Origin: Nitrososphaerota archaeon
GTDB taxonomy: Archaea; Thermoproteota; Nitrososphaeria_A; Caldarchaeales; Calditenuaceae
Reading direction: 5' to 3'
Assembly: GCA_038845265.1 (NCBI GenBank)
Contig: JAWBQR010000004.1
Coordinates: forward strand, 1-44,878
Length of the DNA: 44,878 nucleotides
Shown in pieces: positions 36,848-44,878 of the stretch. Each line of letters begins with the position of its first letter. The first letter of the stretch is position 1. A model generated the notes under the pieces. It was not told the origin of the DNA. It worked only from the letters and a program-made list of their open reading frames with translations, and searched no databases. The position numbers and the translations under genes are program-made.

Positions 36848-37849
36848 CTAATCCTCGACCTTGACTGGTAATTCGCCTAGAGAATATGATATTTGCTTTA
36901 GACACTTATTCATGACGTCTGAGAAATTTCCCTTTACTCTAATTCTAGCTACAGAGGCATGTCCTCCTCCATCACCTCCAAAAAGCTGCACAATCGGAGA
37001 TACAACATCTCTTGCTAGATTTAATGAATATCTATCTGAGACTTCTGGTGTTTGTCTAATAGTAATGTCTACGGTATCATCAGCTACGTCTCCCACTATT
37101 GCTATGTGTGCCCCTAATCCTAATAGCGCCTTCGCGCCAGACGATCTATATGCGCCTAGTCTACTTATGGCTACTATTAATTCTCCGCATCTGTAAATTT
37201 CCGAGCGTTTTGCAGCCTTGAGACGAGCTATTCTCTCAGAATCGTCTACGGGCATCTCCAGATAATTGAGGATATTTTTAGGGGAGGCATGCAGCTCTCC
37301 AAGCATTCCGACCTTCCTTAAAGTTTCATCATCTGCTATACTGAGCCTCACTGTATCGAAGTATATTCCAATGAATAGCGCAGTTGCCTCTTCAGGACTC
37401 AACACATAATTTAACATTGAGGCAATTTCAAGTATTATTTCAGCAGTTGATTGATAATTAGTAGAGGTAAAAGTATGCCAGCCCTCCATTTCTTCCATCA
37501 ACTCATGATGGTCTATTAAAATTATTGGTGGATGAACATGCTGCCTCAGAGTTCCAAGCTGGGCCGGAGAACCGAGGTCTAGTGCCACGTAAGAATCGAC
37601 GTCAATCAATCCTGTCGAAACGTTCACTCCTAGCATACGCACTAAACTACTAGTTAACTCAGTTAATTGATCTGGTATTATTATATATACTGCTTTTTTA
37701 TTGAATCTTTTGATCAGAATGTTTTGTAAAACCAACGATGATGTTAATGAATCAGCATCTCCTCCGACATGAGTAATTATCCCAATTCTTTCTCCACTCA
37801 GTTCTTTAAGTTGCTTAATTATCGAGGCAATGAAATCATGATTTCTCAT
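36848..37849 (-). CDS. DHH/DHHA1 family phosphoesterase
   Basis: THVGGDADS, IDHH, GIYFDT, GGGH; located after pfdB as in the archaeal exosome superoperon. Confidence 0.88.
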   Translation of the reverse strand: MRNHDFIASIIKQLKELSGERIGIITHVGGDADSLTSSLVLQNILIKRFNKKAVYIIIPDQLTELTSSLVRMLGVNVSTGLIDVDSYVALDLGSPAQLGTLRQHVHPPIILIDHHELMEEMEGWHTFTSTNYQSTAEIILEIASMLNYVLSPEEATALFIGIYFDTVRLSIADDETLRKVGMLGELHASPKNILNYLEMPVDDSERIARLKAAKRSEIYRCGELIVAISRLGAYRSSGAKALLGLGAHIAIVGDVADDTVDITIRQTPEVSDRYSLNLARDVVSPIVQLFGGDGGGHASVARIRVKGNFSDVMNKCLKQISYSLGELPVKVED

Positions 37850-37901
37850 GCTATCTATGAGTAGAGGTTAGCCGGGTTCTCATAAATATATGTAGATTAC
37901 G

Positions 37902-38261
37902 CTATGCCTGTTTTTCTCCTCCAAGCATCGATTGAATCTCCCGTTGAAGACTCTCAATCTGTGCACGCGTTCTTGATTCTTGTTTCTCGATTACCTTCAG
38001 CCTAGTATCGTCTAGGTCACGTTTCTCCGTAAGTTCGTTCAGGACTTTTTCCTTCGTGGTTTGAACAAGCACTGGGCCGACGGCCTTGTAAACTGTGATG
38101 TTTTCGTCGGACTTGCTAAGCTCTTCAATCGCAAGCTTTATCTCTTCGAGTTCAGCCTGTATTTTTTGCTTTTCAGCCAATAGCACACTCAAGGTCTGCT
38201 GTAATTGCTGTAACCTTGCCAACTGTTGCTGGACACTTAGTGGTAATTCATTAGTGCCCAT
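37902..38261 (-). CDS. pfdB: Prefoldin beta subunit
   Basis: Coiled coil-beta hairpin-coiled coil, VYKAVGPVLV; ATG 38261 follows a GAGGTG SD. Confidence 0.94.
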   Translation of the reverse strand: MGTNELPLSVQQQLARLQQLQQTLSVLLAEKQKIQAELEEIKLAIEELSKSDENITVYKAVGPVLVQTTKEKVLNELTEKRDLDDTRLKVIEKQESRTRAQIESLQREIQSMLGGEKQA

Positions 38262-38502
38262 CTCCAACCACCTCTCTTATGCACCTCATAATCGCTACGT
38301 ACCACCTAATAAAAGAGTTAACTGCTGCCCTGAGGGCAGTAATATCCCTTGCTCTCAACTCTATTATTAATTTATCGCCGTTTACTGATACACTTGCGCA
38401 TGACCGACCACCCGGCAAAATGCCCTCTTCTGGACTCAATGCTCCATAATAAATCATTACATCCTTAGAATAAACTTCTATTTTTACTGAGGATTCATGC
38501 AT
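38251..38502 (-). CDS. pcc1: KEOPS complex subunit Pcc1
   Basis: ALSPE, L.I...ARDITALRAAVNSFIRW. Confidence 0.9.
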   Translation of the reverse strand: MHESSVKIEVYSKDVMIYYGALSPEEGILPGGRSCASVSVNGDKLIIELRARDITALRAAVNSFIRWYVAIMRCIREVVGDGH

Positions 38503-38511
38503 ATCGGATCT

Positions 38512-38736
38512 TTATTTAACCGTAGTGAGGGGTACCCATGCTCCTCCAGCAAATTTATATCCGCATTTTTTACATTCCCATACTCCGACGGCGATTCTTC
38601 TGACCGATCTTGATCCACATTTGTCACACGGATAGAGGGCTCTCTGGGATAATTCTATTTCTTGTACTTTTTTTCTAAGTCTGGCGCCATACCTTGCGCC
38701 AAACCTCTTAACCATGCTGCCCTTTCCAGCCCTCAT
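38512..38736 (-). CDS. rpl37ae: 50S ribosomal protein L37ae
   Basis: RFGARYGARLRK, CDKCG..VRRIAVGVWECKKCG..FAGGAW. Confidence 0.96.
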   Translation of the reverse strand: MRAGKGSMVKRFGARYGARLRKKVQEIELSQRALYPCDKCGSRSVRRIAVGVWECKKCGYKFAGGAWVPLTTVK

Positions 38737-38783
38737 GTTATAGGCCCTTTAATCGGCACTTAATATATTGTATTTGGTGAGAG

Positions 38784-39623
38784 TTAAGACATTAACTCAG
38801 GGCTCCAGCCTATATTCTCGATAAGTTTCTTTCTATACCTAATTGACACTTCTCTTGAAATATTAATTGCCTCCTCCAAGATATTGAATGGTAATCTTCC
38901 AGGTGTATTTTTCTGAATTGCGGCGATCTCATCCTCGGTGCTCCATCCAACTATTAGAGATGTATCGAGCGCGCTTTCTTCGATGGCCGTGGGGTCAACA
39001 ATAATTTTATCCATGAAAAGACCGAGAGTGACCGAGACAGGAAGCCTCCTCATCGGAATATTTATGTATTCTCCCTCGACGAGCTTTAATATCCCATTCG
39101 TCACTTCAAATTTTTTAATCTTAGCCGTTGCAAGTGCCGCTACAGCTGCTAAAACAGAGGGATCGAAATAATTTCCGTCATAGTCCAGCACGTAGATGTC
39201 GATGTATAAAACGGCTACTTTTTGTCCTGGGATATATACAAGCTTTTCAAGGTCTATTGCTTTTGATTCTCTAATGCATCTATCAACGACTCGAGCAAGC
39301 TCTATTGCTCTCTCATCAGGTGGTCCGGGCTCAAATGACCTAGATGCGAGCGGCAGCAATTCCGCATTAACTGTCATGTTCGCCTGATTTGGCGTATCTG
39401 GATATGGCGAGCCGACTTCTGCCTTAATACCCGCAATAATCTTAGTCCCACCAATCGAGACCTGCGCAGAGCCATCAGCCTTCTCTATCACGTTTGTTTG
39501 TAAAGTGATCTGACGACTCTCATAGGGCGACCTGCCGTCAAGTCTTTTTTCATGAAGAATGAGCTCGTAAAGTTTGTCATGCAGAATCTTAGTTGGATAT
39601 GGTTTACCGCCTATTCTATACAC
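38784..39623 (-). CDS. rrp42: Exosome complex component Rrp42
   Basis: RLDGR, KADGSA, FEPGPPDERAIELARVVDR, DYDGN. Confidence 0.95.
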   Translation of the reverse strand: MYRIGGKPYPTKILHDKLYELILHEKRLDGRSPYESRQITLQTNVIEKADGSAQVSIGGTKIIAGIKAEVGSPYPDTPNQANMTVNAELLPLASRSFEPGPPDERAIELARVVDRCIRESKAIDLEKLVYIPGQKVAVLYIDIYVLDYDGNYFDPSVLAAVAALATAKIKKFEVTNGILKLVEGEYINIPMRRLPVSVTLGLFMDKIIVDPTAIEESALDTSLIVGWSTEDEIAAIQKNTPGRLPFNILEEAINISREVSIRYRKKLIENIGWSPELMS

Positions 39624-39626
39624 GAC

Positions 39627-40361
39627 TTATTCTACCTCCGGTTCTTCTATACTGGCAAATTTGCTCTTCAAAGCCTTTCTTTGAAGCTCATAAAGAGTCT
39701 CGATTCCTTTTCTAGCTAGGTTTAACGCCTCTTTGAATTCTGCAATTGTTAATCTTCCATTGAGCTGCAGTAAGACGATAGTGTTAAGACGAGGCGCCAT
39801 CGCAATGGGCATGTCTGCCTCGCCGTATTTGTCTTCTTCCTCACTTGGGTCAAGGACGAGTTTACCCATTACTTTGCCGACAGCTATGCCTGCGCAGAGA
39901 TCCATCATAGGTATTCCGGCATCAGCCAACGCGAGTGATGCAGCCGTTATCCCGGCGGTCCGGGTCCCTGCATCAGCCTGCATGATCTCAATAAAGACGT
40001 CAATTGCGGAACGTGGAAATTCATCGAGAAATATAAGTGTCTCTAGTCCCTCCTTAATCACCTTAGTGAGCTCGATTTCTCTCCTAGTCATTCCAGCCGG
40101 CTTTCGGTCTGCGACGCTGAAAGTGGCCATGTGGTATCTGCAGTTGAGGATTGCTCTGTGCGGTTGGGCTAAGTGTCTCGGATGAGCCTCCCTCGGACCA
40201 TATACAGCAGCAAAGATCTTCGTCCTGCCAAGCTCAACGTATGCTGAACCATCACATTTGTCCAAGACGCCTACCTCCATTCTCACCTTCCGCATTTCAT
40301 CGAGTCCTCTTCCATCAAGCCTCTTACCATCCTCTGTGAAGAGGTTAACTACTTCACACAT
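39627..40361 (-). CDS. rrp41: Exosome complex exonuclease Rrp41 (start re-assigned to ATG 40361)
   Basis: [44 protein letters not shown]. Confidence 0.96.
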   Translation of the reverse strand: MCEVVNLFTEDGKRLDGRGLDEMRKVRMEVGVLDKCDGSAYVELGRTKIFAAVYGPREAHPRHLAQPHRAILNCRYHMATFSVADRKPAGMTRREIELTKVIKEGLETLIFLDEFPRSAIDVFIEIMQADAGTRTAGITAASLALADAGIPMMDLCAGIAVGKVMGKLVLDPSEEEDKYGEADMPIAMAPRLNTIVLLQLNGRLTIAEFKEALNLARKGIETLYELQRKALKSKFASIEEPEVE

Positions 40362-41031
40362 CTTCCTCATCCCCTGAAAGTAGTATCTTCCGAATATGAG
40401 CAGATACACGGTCTGATAATCCTTTCAAATGTGATTCTTCTTCGATTAGCTTTATTGCAGATGCCGCTGCAAATTCGTTCTTAGAATCTGGACCAATGAT
40501 GGCTATAAGACCATTTCTCCCGACATAAAATTGACAATTCGTCTCTCTCTTTAATAAGTTAAGCATGCTGCCTTTTTTCCCGATCAATCTTGGGATTTTT
40601 ACAGGATTGATCATCACTAGTAGCCCCTTTTCTATCTTTTTTAATGACTCACCGCCATCCAGGAATACGCCTCTTATGCCGCAATATTTAACAGTAGTAT
40701 ATACGACGTCTCCGACCTGGAGTTTCAACGACGTTTTTCTCCTCTTGCTCCTACTTTTCATTAATCCAATAACGTGCCAACCCAAGTCTACCTCATACAT
40801 ATTTGGTTTGATATCAATAACTATACCGATGATATCGTCATCTTCTTGTGGCCTGTAAGGCCCCTTTGCGGGAATGACATTGATTTTAGCATTTCTAAAG
40901 TTGACTACGCCGGTAACTGCTGAGTATACCTTTCCTCCATAAATATATGTATGACTGCCTGCTTTTTTGGGCTCGTCGCATAATAATTGTCCAGGCGTCA
41001 CCACTTCCCACTCACTTACATAGTCAGACAA
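40354..41031 (-). CDS. rrp4: Exosome RNA-binding cap protein Rrp4
   Basis: VVTPG, Y.P..DD.IIG (S1), [14 protein letters not shown] (KH), GRNG. Confidence 0.92.
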   Translation of the reverse strand: MSDYVSEWEVVTPGQLLCDEPKKAGSHTYIYGGKVYSAVTGVVNFRNAKINVIPAKGPYRPQEDDDIIGIVIDIKPNMYEVDLGWHVIGLMKSRSKRRKTSLKLQVGDVVYTTVKYCGIRGVFLDGGESLKKIEKGLLVMINPVKIPRLIGKKGSMLNLLKRETNCQFYVGRNGLIAIIGPDSKNEFAAASAIKLIEEESHLKGLSDRVSAHIRKILLSGDEEDV

Positions 41032-41037
41032 GCATCA

Positions 41038-41727
41038 TCACCCTTTAGGCCTGACTTCTGCTTTACCAGCACTCATCTTTGCTAACTTTTCCACAAGTTC
41101 AACCTGCATACCTGATGGAGCCTCCAACTCACACATCCAGCTACCATCACCTTTCCACTCCTCCCGTAAAATTCTACCTACACTCTTAAGATATGTACTT
41201 GCCTTGGGCTGTACATCGCCAGGCACCCTTATCTCGAAGACCATCGTCCCTATCTTTAACGGCAAAATTAGCCTTAGTTTTTCTATTATTTTAGTAACTT
41301 GTTGCTTAGCGTCAATAAATGGATCGATTGATACGCCCGCCTCATCAAGTGCTAGAAGAATTCTTTGAGGAGGTATAGGCATATTTGTCCTCGGATCTAC
41401 GGCGTTTTTACTTATAAAATCAACAATTTGCTTCTTTTTATCCTCAATTAATCTCCTTCTCTGATCAGCCGTAACTTGGAGTTCTCCTTCTTTGACTATT
41501 TTAATAGCAATGGCGACAGGGTCTGTAGTTCCAAAAATCTTTTTTAGATCTTCTTCTTTTGCTCTTATTCCTTTCTTTGCATCTTTGTATACCTGTTCGT
41601 ATACTAGAATTTTAGAAAGCGCAACGTTCTCTCCTAGCCTCAGCCTGAGTGATAATTCCGGATCTACTAATACCTCAAATGTTTCTTTTCCCTTTGTAAT
41701 TCTTGCGACTGTATATGGCCTACTCAA
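41038..41727 (-). CDS. Ribosome maturation factor SBDS/Sdo1
   Basis: FEVLVDP, VYKDAKKG, FGTTD, GELQVTADQRR, DPRT..P.PPQRI. Confidence 0.95.
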   Translation of the reverse strand: MSRPYTVARITKGKETFEVLVDPELSLRLRLGENVALSKILVYEQVYKDAKKGIRAKEEDLKKIFGTTDPVAIAIKIVKEGELQVTADQRRRLIEDKKKQIVDFISKNAVDPRTNMPIPPQRILLALDEAGVSIDPFIDAKQQVTKIIEKLRLILPLKIGTMVFEIRVPGDVQPKASTYLKSVGRILREEWKGDGSWMCELEAPSGMQVELVEKLAKMSAGKAEVRPKG

Positions 41728-41783
41728 CTTCTATAATCCTCTAAACCATCATGATATTACCCTTATTTATAAGTTAGATTCTT

Positions 41784-42518
41784 TTATTTACGTTCCTCTA
41801 AAATCTTCTTTACTATCTTTTCAACTTCGCTTTGCGGTTCAATTGTATATTTTCTAGTGTCTGAGGGGATAGATACTAATTTTGCTGTCCAATTCTCATC
41901 TAATTTGTCGACAGAGTAAATAAGTGATTTTATCGCCATTTTCTTCGCATCATCAAGACTAATATCTGAAGAATAATTGTTCTCAAAGAACTCCTTTACT
42001 TTTTCAGCTCCCCTGCCAATGCCCCATGCCAAGTATTCTACAACAACACCACTGGGCTCCGTATAAAATAGTCTTGGACCATCGGCACTCACACCACCGA
42101 TCAGCAATGCAACTCCAAAAGGCCTAACTCCTGCATGTTGAGTATAAAGCTGCATAGTGTCGCCAATTCTCTTCGCGATAGTTTCTACAGAGGGAGGCTC
42201 ATCATATGACAATCTGAATACTTGAGCATATATTCGCGCACTATCTACTAAGACTCTAGCATCCGAGATGAGGCCGGATGCCGCAGCACCTATATGCTCA
42301 TCGATCTGAAACAACTTCTGAGAATAAAGCGGACTCTGCAACTTGCTATGAGTCTTTTCCTCGACCGCTAAAATTACTCCCTCATTAACCCTCAACCCCA
42401 CTGATGTTGAACCAGATTTGACTGTCTCTAAGGCATACTCTACTTGGTAGAGCCGGCCCTGTGGTGAAAAAACAGTAATTGCGCGGTCATAAGCTCCCGC
42501 CATTCCTAGTGCAGCCAA
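41784..42518 (-). CDS. psmA: Proteasome alpha subunit
   Basis: YDRAITVFSPQGRLYQVEYA, GVRPFGVALL. Confidence 0.97.
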   Translation of the reverse strand: MAALGMAGAYDRAITVFSPQGRLYQVEYALETVKSGSTSVGLRVNEGVILAVEEKTHSKLQSPLYSQKLFQIDEHIGAAASGLISDARVLVDSARIYAQVFRLSYDEPPSVETIAKRIGDTMQLYTQHAGVRPFGVALLIGGVSADGPRLFYTEPSGVVVEYLAWGIGRGAEKVKEFFENNYSSDISLDDAKKMAIKSLIYSVDKLDENWTAKLVSIPSDTRKYTIEPQSEVEKIVKKILEERK

Positions 42519-42687
42519 TGCTTAACACCTAATTATTTTATTAAAATACGAATTTAAATATCCTCCTCTACAAAAAGATGGTGACATAGCCTATAACCGA
42601 CATCCTACCAATAATCAAATGATTTAGACATTCATCAATGTCGTTCAAGTAATTATTTATATATGGGTTAATTGAACTACCCTCGGA

Positions 42688-43689
42688 TTGTCGCAAAACA
42701 AAGAGATGCTCGTCGATTCTTATGGAAGAGTTGCTAGAAAGTTACGCTTATCAATTACCGATCGATGTAATTTTCGATGTAATTTCTGTATGCCTGCAAC
42801 TCCTGTATGGCTTCACAAGAATGAACTATTAACATTTGACGAGATTGTTAGGGTTACAACGATACTTGCGTCCCTCGGCGTCGATAAGATAAAGATAACT
42901 GGGGGCGAGCCTCTTCTTCGAAGAGATGTAGATATACTCGTCGAGCTACTAGCCCAGATACCTGGAATAAATTCGCTTTCAATGACTACTAATGGATACT
43001 ACTTAGAGGACTTTGCCTGGAAGTTAAGAAAAGCGGGGTTGAAAGCTATTACAATAAGTTTACATAGCCTGAAGGAAGAGAGGTATGAAAAGCTGGTTGG
43101 AAGAACCGGAGTCTTTAGCCGTGTCCTCAGAGGGATTGAAGAGGCAAAGAAAGCAGAGTTTAATCCATTAAAGATAAACGTAGTAATAACTAGAGGATGT
43201 AATGATGACGAAATCTTGGATTTTGTTGAGCTCTCAAGAGCCTCAGGGCTAATCATTAAATTTATAGAATATATGCCATTTGATGGAAATAAGATATGGG
43301 ATAGAAAGCTCGTAGTTACTGGCGAAGAAATAATTTCAAAGATAAAATCTAAATATGAATTAATCAAGGTTGAAAGAAGCCCTGGCGACACAGCAATAAG
43401 TTTTAAGTTTGCAGATAGTATCAATGGTGGAATATCAATAATAACTTCAATGAGCTCTCCCTTCTGCAAAGATTGCGACAGAATACGTATAACTGCTGAT
43501 GGAAAATTAATTCCATGTCTTTTCAGCGATGATTCTTATGACCTCAAATCACTTATAAGGACGGATGCATCTGATGAAGAAGTAGCTAATTTCATCAAGG
43601 CATCATTTAAAAAGAAATTTAGAGGCGTTGAATCAATATTGAATAGAGATCTTGAAAACATAAGGCCAATGTACAGTGTGGGCGGATAA
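42688..43689 (+). CDS. moaA: GTP 3',8-cyclase MoaA (radical SAM)
   Basis: LRLSITDRCNFRCNFC, TGGEPLLR, CKDCDRIR..C, C-terminal GG; TTTATATA at 42656-42663 suggests a leaderless TTG start. Confidence 0.95.
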   Translation: MSQNKEMLVDSYGRVARKLRLSITDRCNFRCNFCMPATPVWLHKNELLTFDEIVRVTTILASLGVDKIKITGGEPLLRRDVDILVELLAQIPGINSLSMTTNGYYLEDFAWKLRKAGLKAITISLHSLKEERYEKLVGRTGVFSRVLRGIEEAKKAEFNPLKINVVITRGCNDDEILDFVELSRASGLIIKFIEYMPFDGNKIWDRKLVVTGEEIISKIKSKYELIKVERSPGDTAISFKFADSINGGISIITSMSSPFCKDCDRIRITADGKLIPCLFSDDSYDLKSLIRTDASDEEVANFIKASFKKKFRGVESILNRDLENIRPMYSVGG

Positions 43690-43693
43690 CAAT

Positions 43694-44143
43694 TCAGGAA
43701 TTATTCCTAACTTTTTTCAGTCTTTTCAATACAGCACTTGCTAATGCGTCCGCCTCTGCGTTTCTATCCCTAGGCACATAGATAATCTTCACGTATTCGA
43801 AAATTTCCATCAATATCTTTGCTTTTTGGTAAAGGATCTTTAATTCTGGGTCTCTAACAGCGTATTCATTGTTAAGTTGCTTTACCAATAACTGACTATC
43901 AGAATAGATCGTCAATTTTCTGCAGCCTATCTTTTTTGCTCGAATTAAAGAATTTATTAACGCTGAATATTCAGCCTTGTTATTAGTCGAAATTCCAATG
44001 TATGATGAACCTATATATTTTTCACCCGAAGAAGTTACTAGTACATAGGCATAGGCAGAAGGTCCTGGGTTTCCTCTTGAAGCACCATCAATGTAAACCT
44101 GACAGTGATCAATCCTCTTTCTTGAACTTCTATTAAAAACCAT
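43694..44143 (-). CDS. rnhA: Ribonuclease HI
   Basis: YIDGASRGNPG, TNNKAEY, SDSQL, RNAEADALA. Confidence 0.92.
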   Translation of the reverse strand: MVFNRSSRKRIDHCQVYIDGASRGNPGPSAYAYVLVTSSGEKYIGSSYIGISTNNKAEYSALINSLIRAKKIGCRKLTIYSDSQLLVKQLNNEYAVRDPELKILYQKAKILMEIFEYVKIIYVPRDRNAEADALASAVLKRLKKVRNNS

Positions 44144-44195
44144 ATTAGAAGTCGGTAATACTAAAATATGAGTCTATAAAGCATCAATATTGAAA

Positions 44196-44357
44196 ATGGT
44201 CGAGTTAAGAGAAGTCTTATCTGTATTGGCCATTTTTGCTTTTTTCCTACTAATGGCGATGTTGGTCGTAGTGTTGGCTGACTTTATGCGTGGAATTAGC
44301 AGACAGTTATTTATAATTCCATTGTTATTATCATCAATTATACTTTACCAATCATAA
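44196..44357 (+). CDS. 53-aa putative small membrane protein (not in the ORF track)
   Basis: MVELREVLSVLAIFAFFLLMAMLVVVLADFMRGISRQLFIIPLLLSSIILYQS*; fills the rnhA-rhomboid gap. Confidence 0.6.
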   Translation: MVELREVLSVLAIFAFFLLMAMLVVVLADFMRGISRQLFIIPLLLSSIILYQS

Positions 44358-44878
44358 ACATAATAGAATCTTTGATATCTTAGTTTATAGTATCTACTGA
44401 TAATGTAACCAGCAGCGAATCCTCCAACGTGTGCAGTATATGCAATAGAGCTAAATGGCATTAATAGTGCTAGCATTGTCTGGATGAGCGTAATTATTCC
44501 AATTACAACATAGGCAGGAGCGACGATTGGAATGAAGTAGAAAAACACTGCTAGGGGTCTGTGAGGGAAGAGCACTGCGAATGACGCCATAAGTCCAAAT
44601 ATGGCGCCTGACGCACCTACAGCTGGAATTAACTTTCCGTAGGGAGAGGCAGAAAAGTAATATCCATAATATGCGTATACAATTCCTCCGACAATGCCAC
44701 TAATAAAATATAGAAATAGATACCGAGACTTTCCAAATACTAACTCAACATCCCTGCCAAATATGAATAGAGCCCACATGTTAAAAAAGAGATGAAGAAA
44801 GTCTGCATGAATAAACATAGATGTGATCAACGAAATGATGTCGGCATCTTCTATCAGATACTTAGGAATGACACCGAA
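44345..44878 (-). CDS. Rhomboid intramembrane serine protease, 5'-truncated by the window edge
   Basis: Frame open to 44878; HADFLHLFFNM, GASGAIFG (catalytic Ser), AHVGG (catalytic His). Confidence 0.93.
   Translation of the reverse strand, partial: FGVIPKYLIEDADIISLITSMFIHADFLHLFFNMWALFIFGRDVELVFGKSRYLFLYFISGIVGGIVYAYYGYYFSASPYGKLIPAVGASGAIFGLMASFAVLFPHRPLAVFFYFIPIVAPAYVVIGIITLIQTMLALLMPFSSIAYTAHVGGFAAGYIISRYYKLRYQRFYYVYDW

Noticed and set aside
42560-42650. Small hairpin GACAT-TGATGA-ATGTC (minus strand) in the psmA-moaA spacer
   Set aside because: Only 5-6 bp and no matching D box; compatible with chance.
827-43469. Numerous antisense ORFs in the track (e.g. 9974-10375, 14521-14907, 18316-18666, 31889-32326, 39733-40185, 42999-43469)
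   Set aside because: They lie opposite well-supported genes, have the Ser/Ile/Pro-rich composition of antisense shadows and carry no motifs.
9499-44357. Repeated short 3'-3' overlaps of convergent genes (9499-9506, 13261-13283, 23129-23137, 34384-34387, 44345-44357)
   Set aside because: Ordinary for compact archaeal genomes; no evidence of antisense control.
1-44878. CRISPR arrays, tRNA/rRNA genes, IS elements, integrases, inteins, defence genes
   Set aside because: None seen by eye. The only GC-rich non-coding island is the SRP RNA, and protein lengths leave no room for inteins.

Overview
Gene-dense, AT-rich archaeal chromosomal segment. The gene content suggests a Thermoproteota/TACK lineage, perhaps Aigarchaeota/Nitrososphaeria-like; this is an inference. 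It is mostly housekeeping: archaeal asparagine synthetase, a GT4 glycosyltransferase, an ABC exporter with a COG1361 partner, rps17e-fni, trpS, the SRP (7S) RNA, grpE, rlmE, PINA ATPase, a branched-chain amino acid operon (leuA-ilvB-ACT-ACT-ilvC), rps27e/rpl44e, alba, pyrD with a pyrF-pyrE fusion, rpoD-rpl18e-rpl13, hom, an ECF module, the exosome/proteasome superoperon, moaA, RNase HI and a rhomboid protease. I saw no CRISPR array, tRNA, rRNA or mobile element. The most striking unexplained signal is the ~130-nt leader of the leuA-ilv operon. It holds a reading frame ending in IIILPPLVIIVILLLVVL-stop (16 of 18 codons Ile/Leu/Val) that abuts the leuA ribosome-binding site, plus a 15-bp RNA helix, a downstream T6 tract and a palindrome at the promoter. 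This is a candidate ribosome-mediated attenuator, a mechanism that is textbook in bacteria but not established in archaea to my knowledge; its start codon is unresolved. Two microproteins missed by the ORF track were also found: a 37-aa six-Cys zinc finger and a 53-aa membrane protein.
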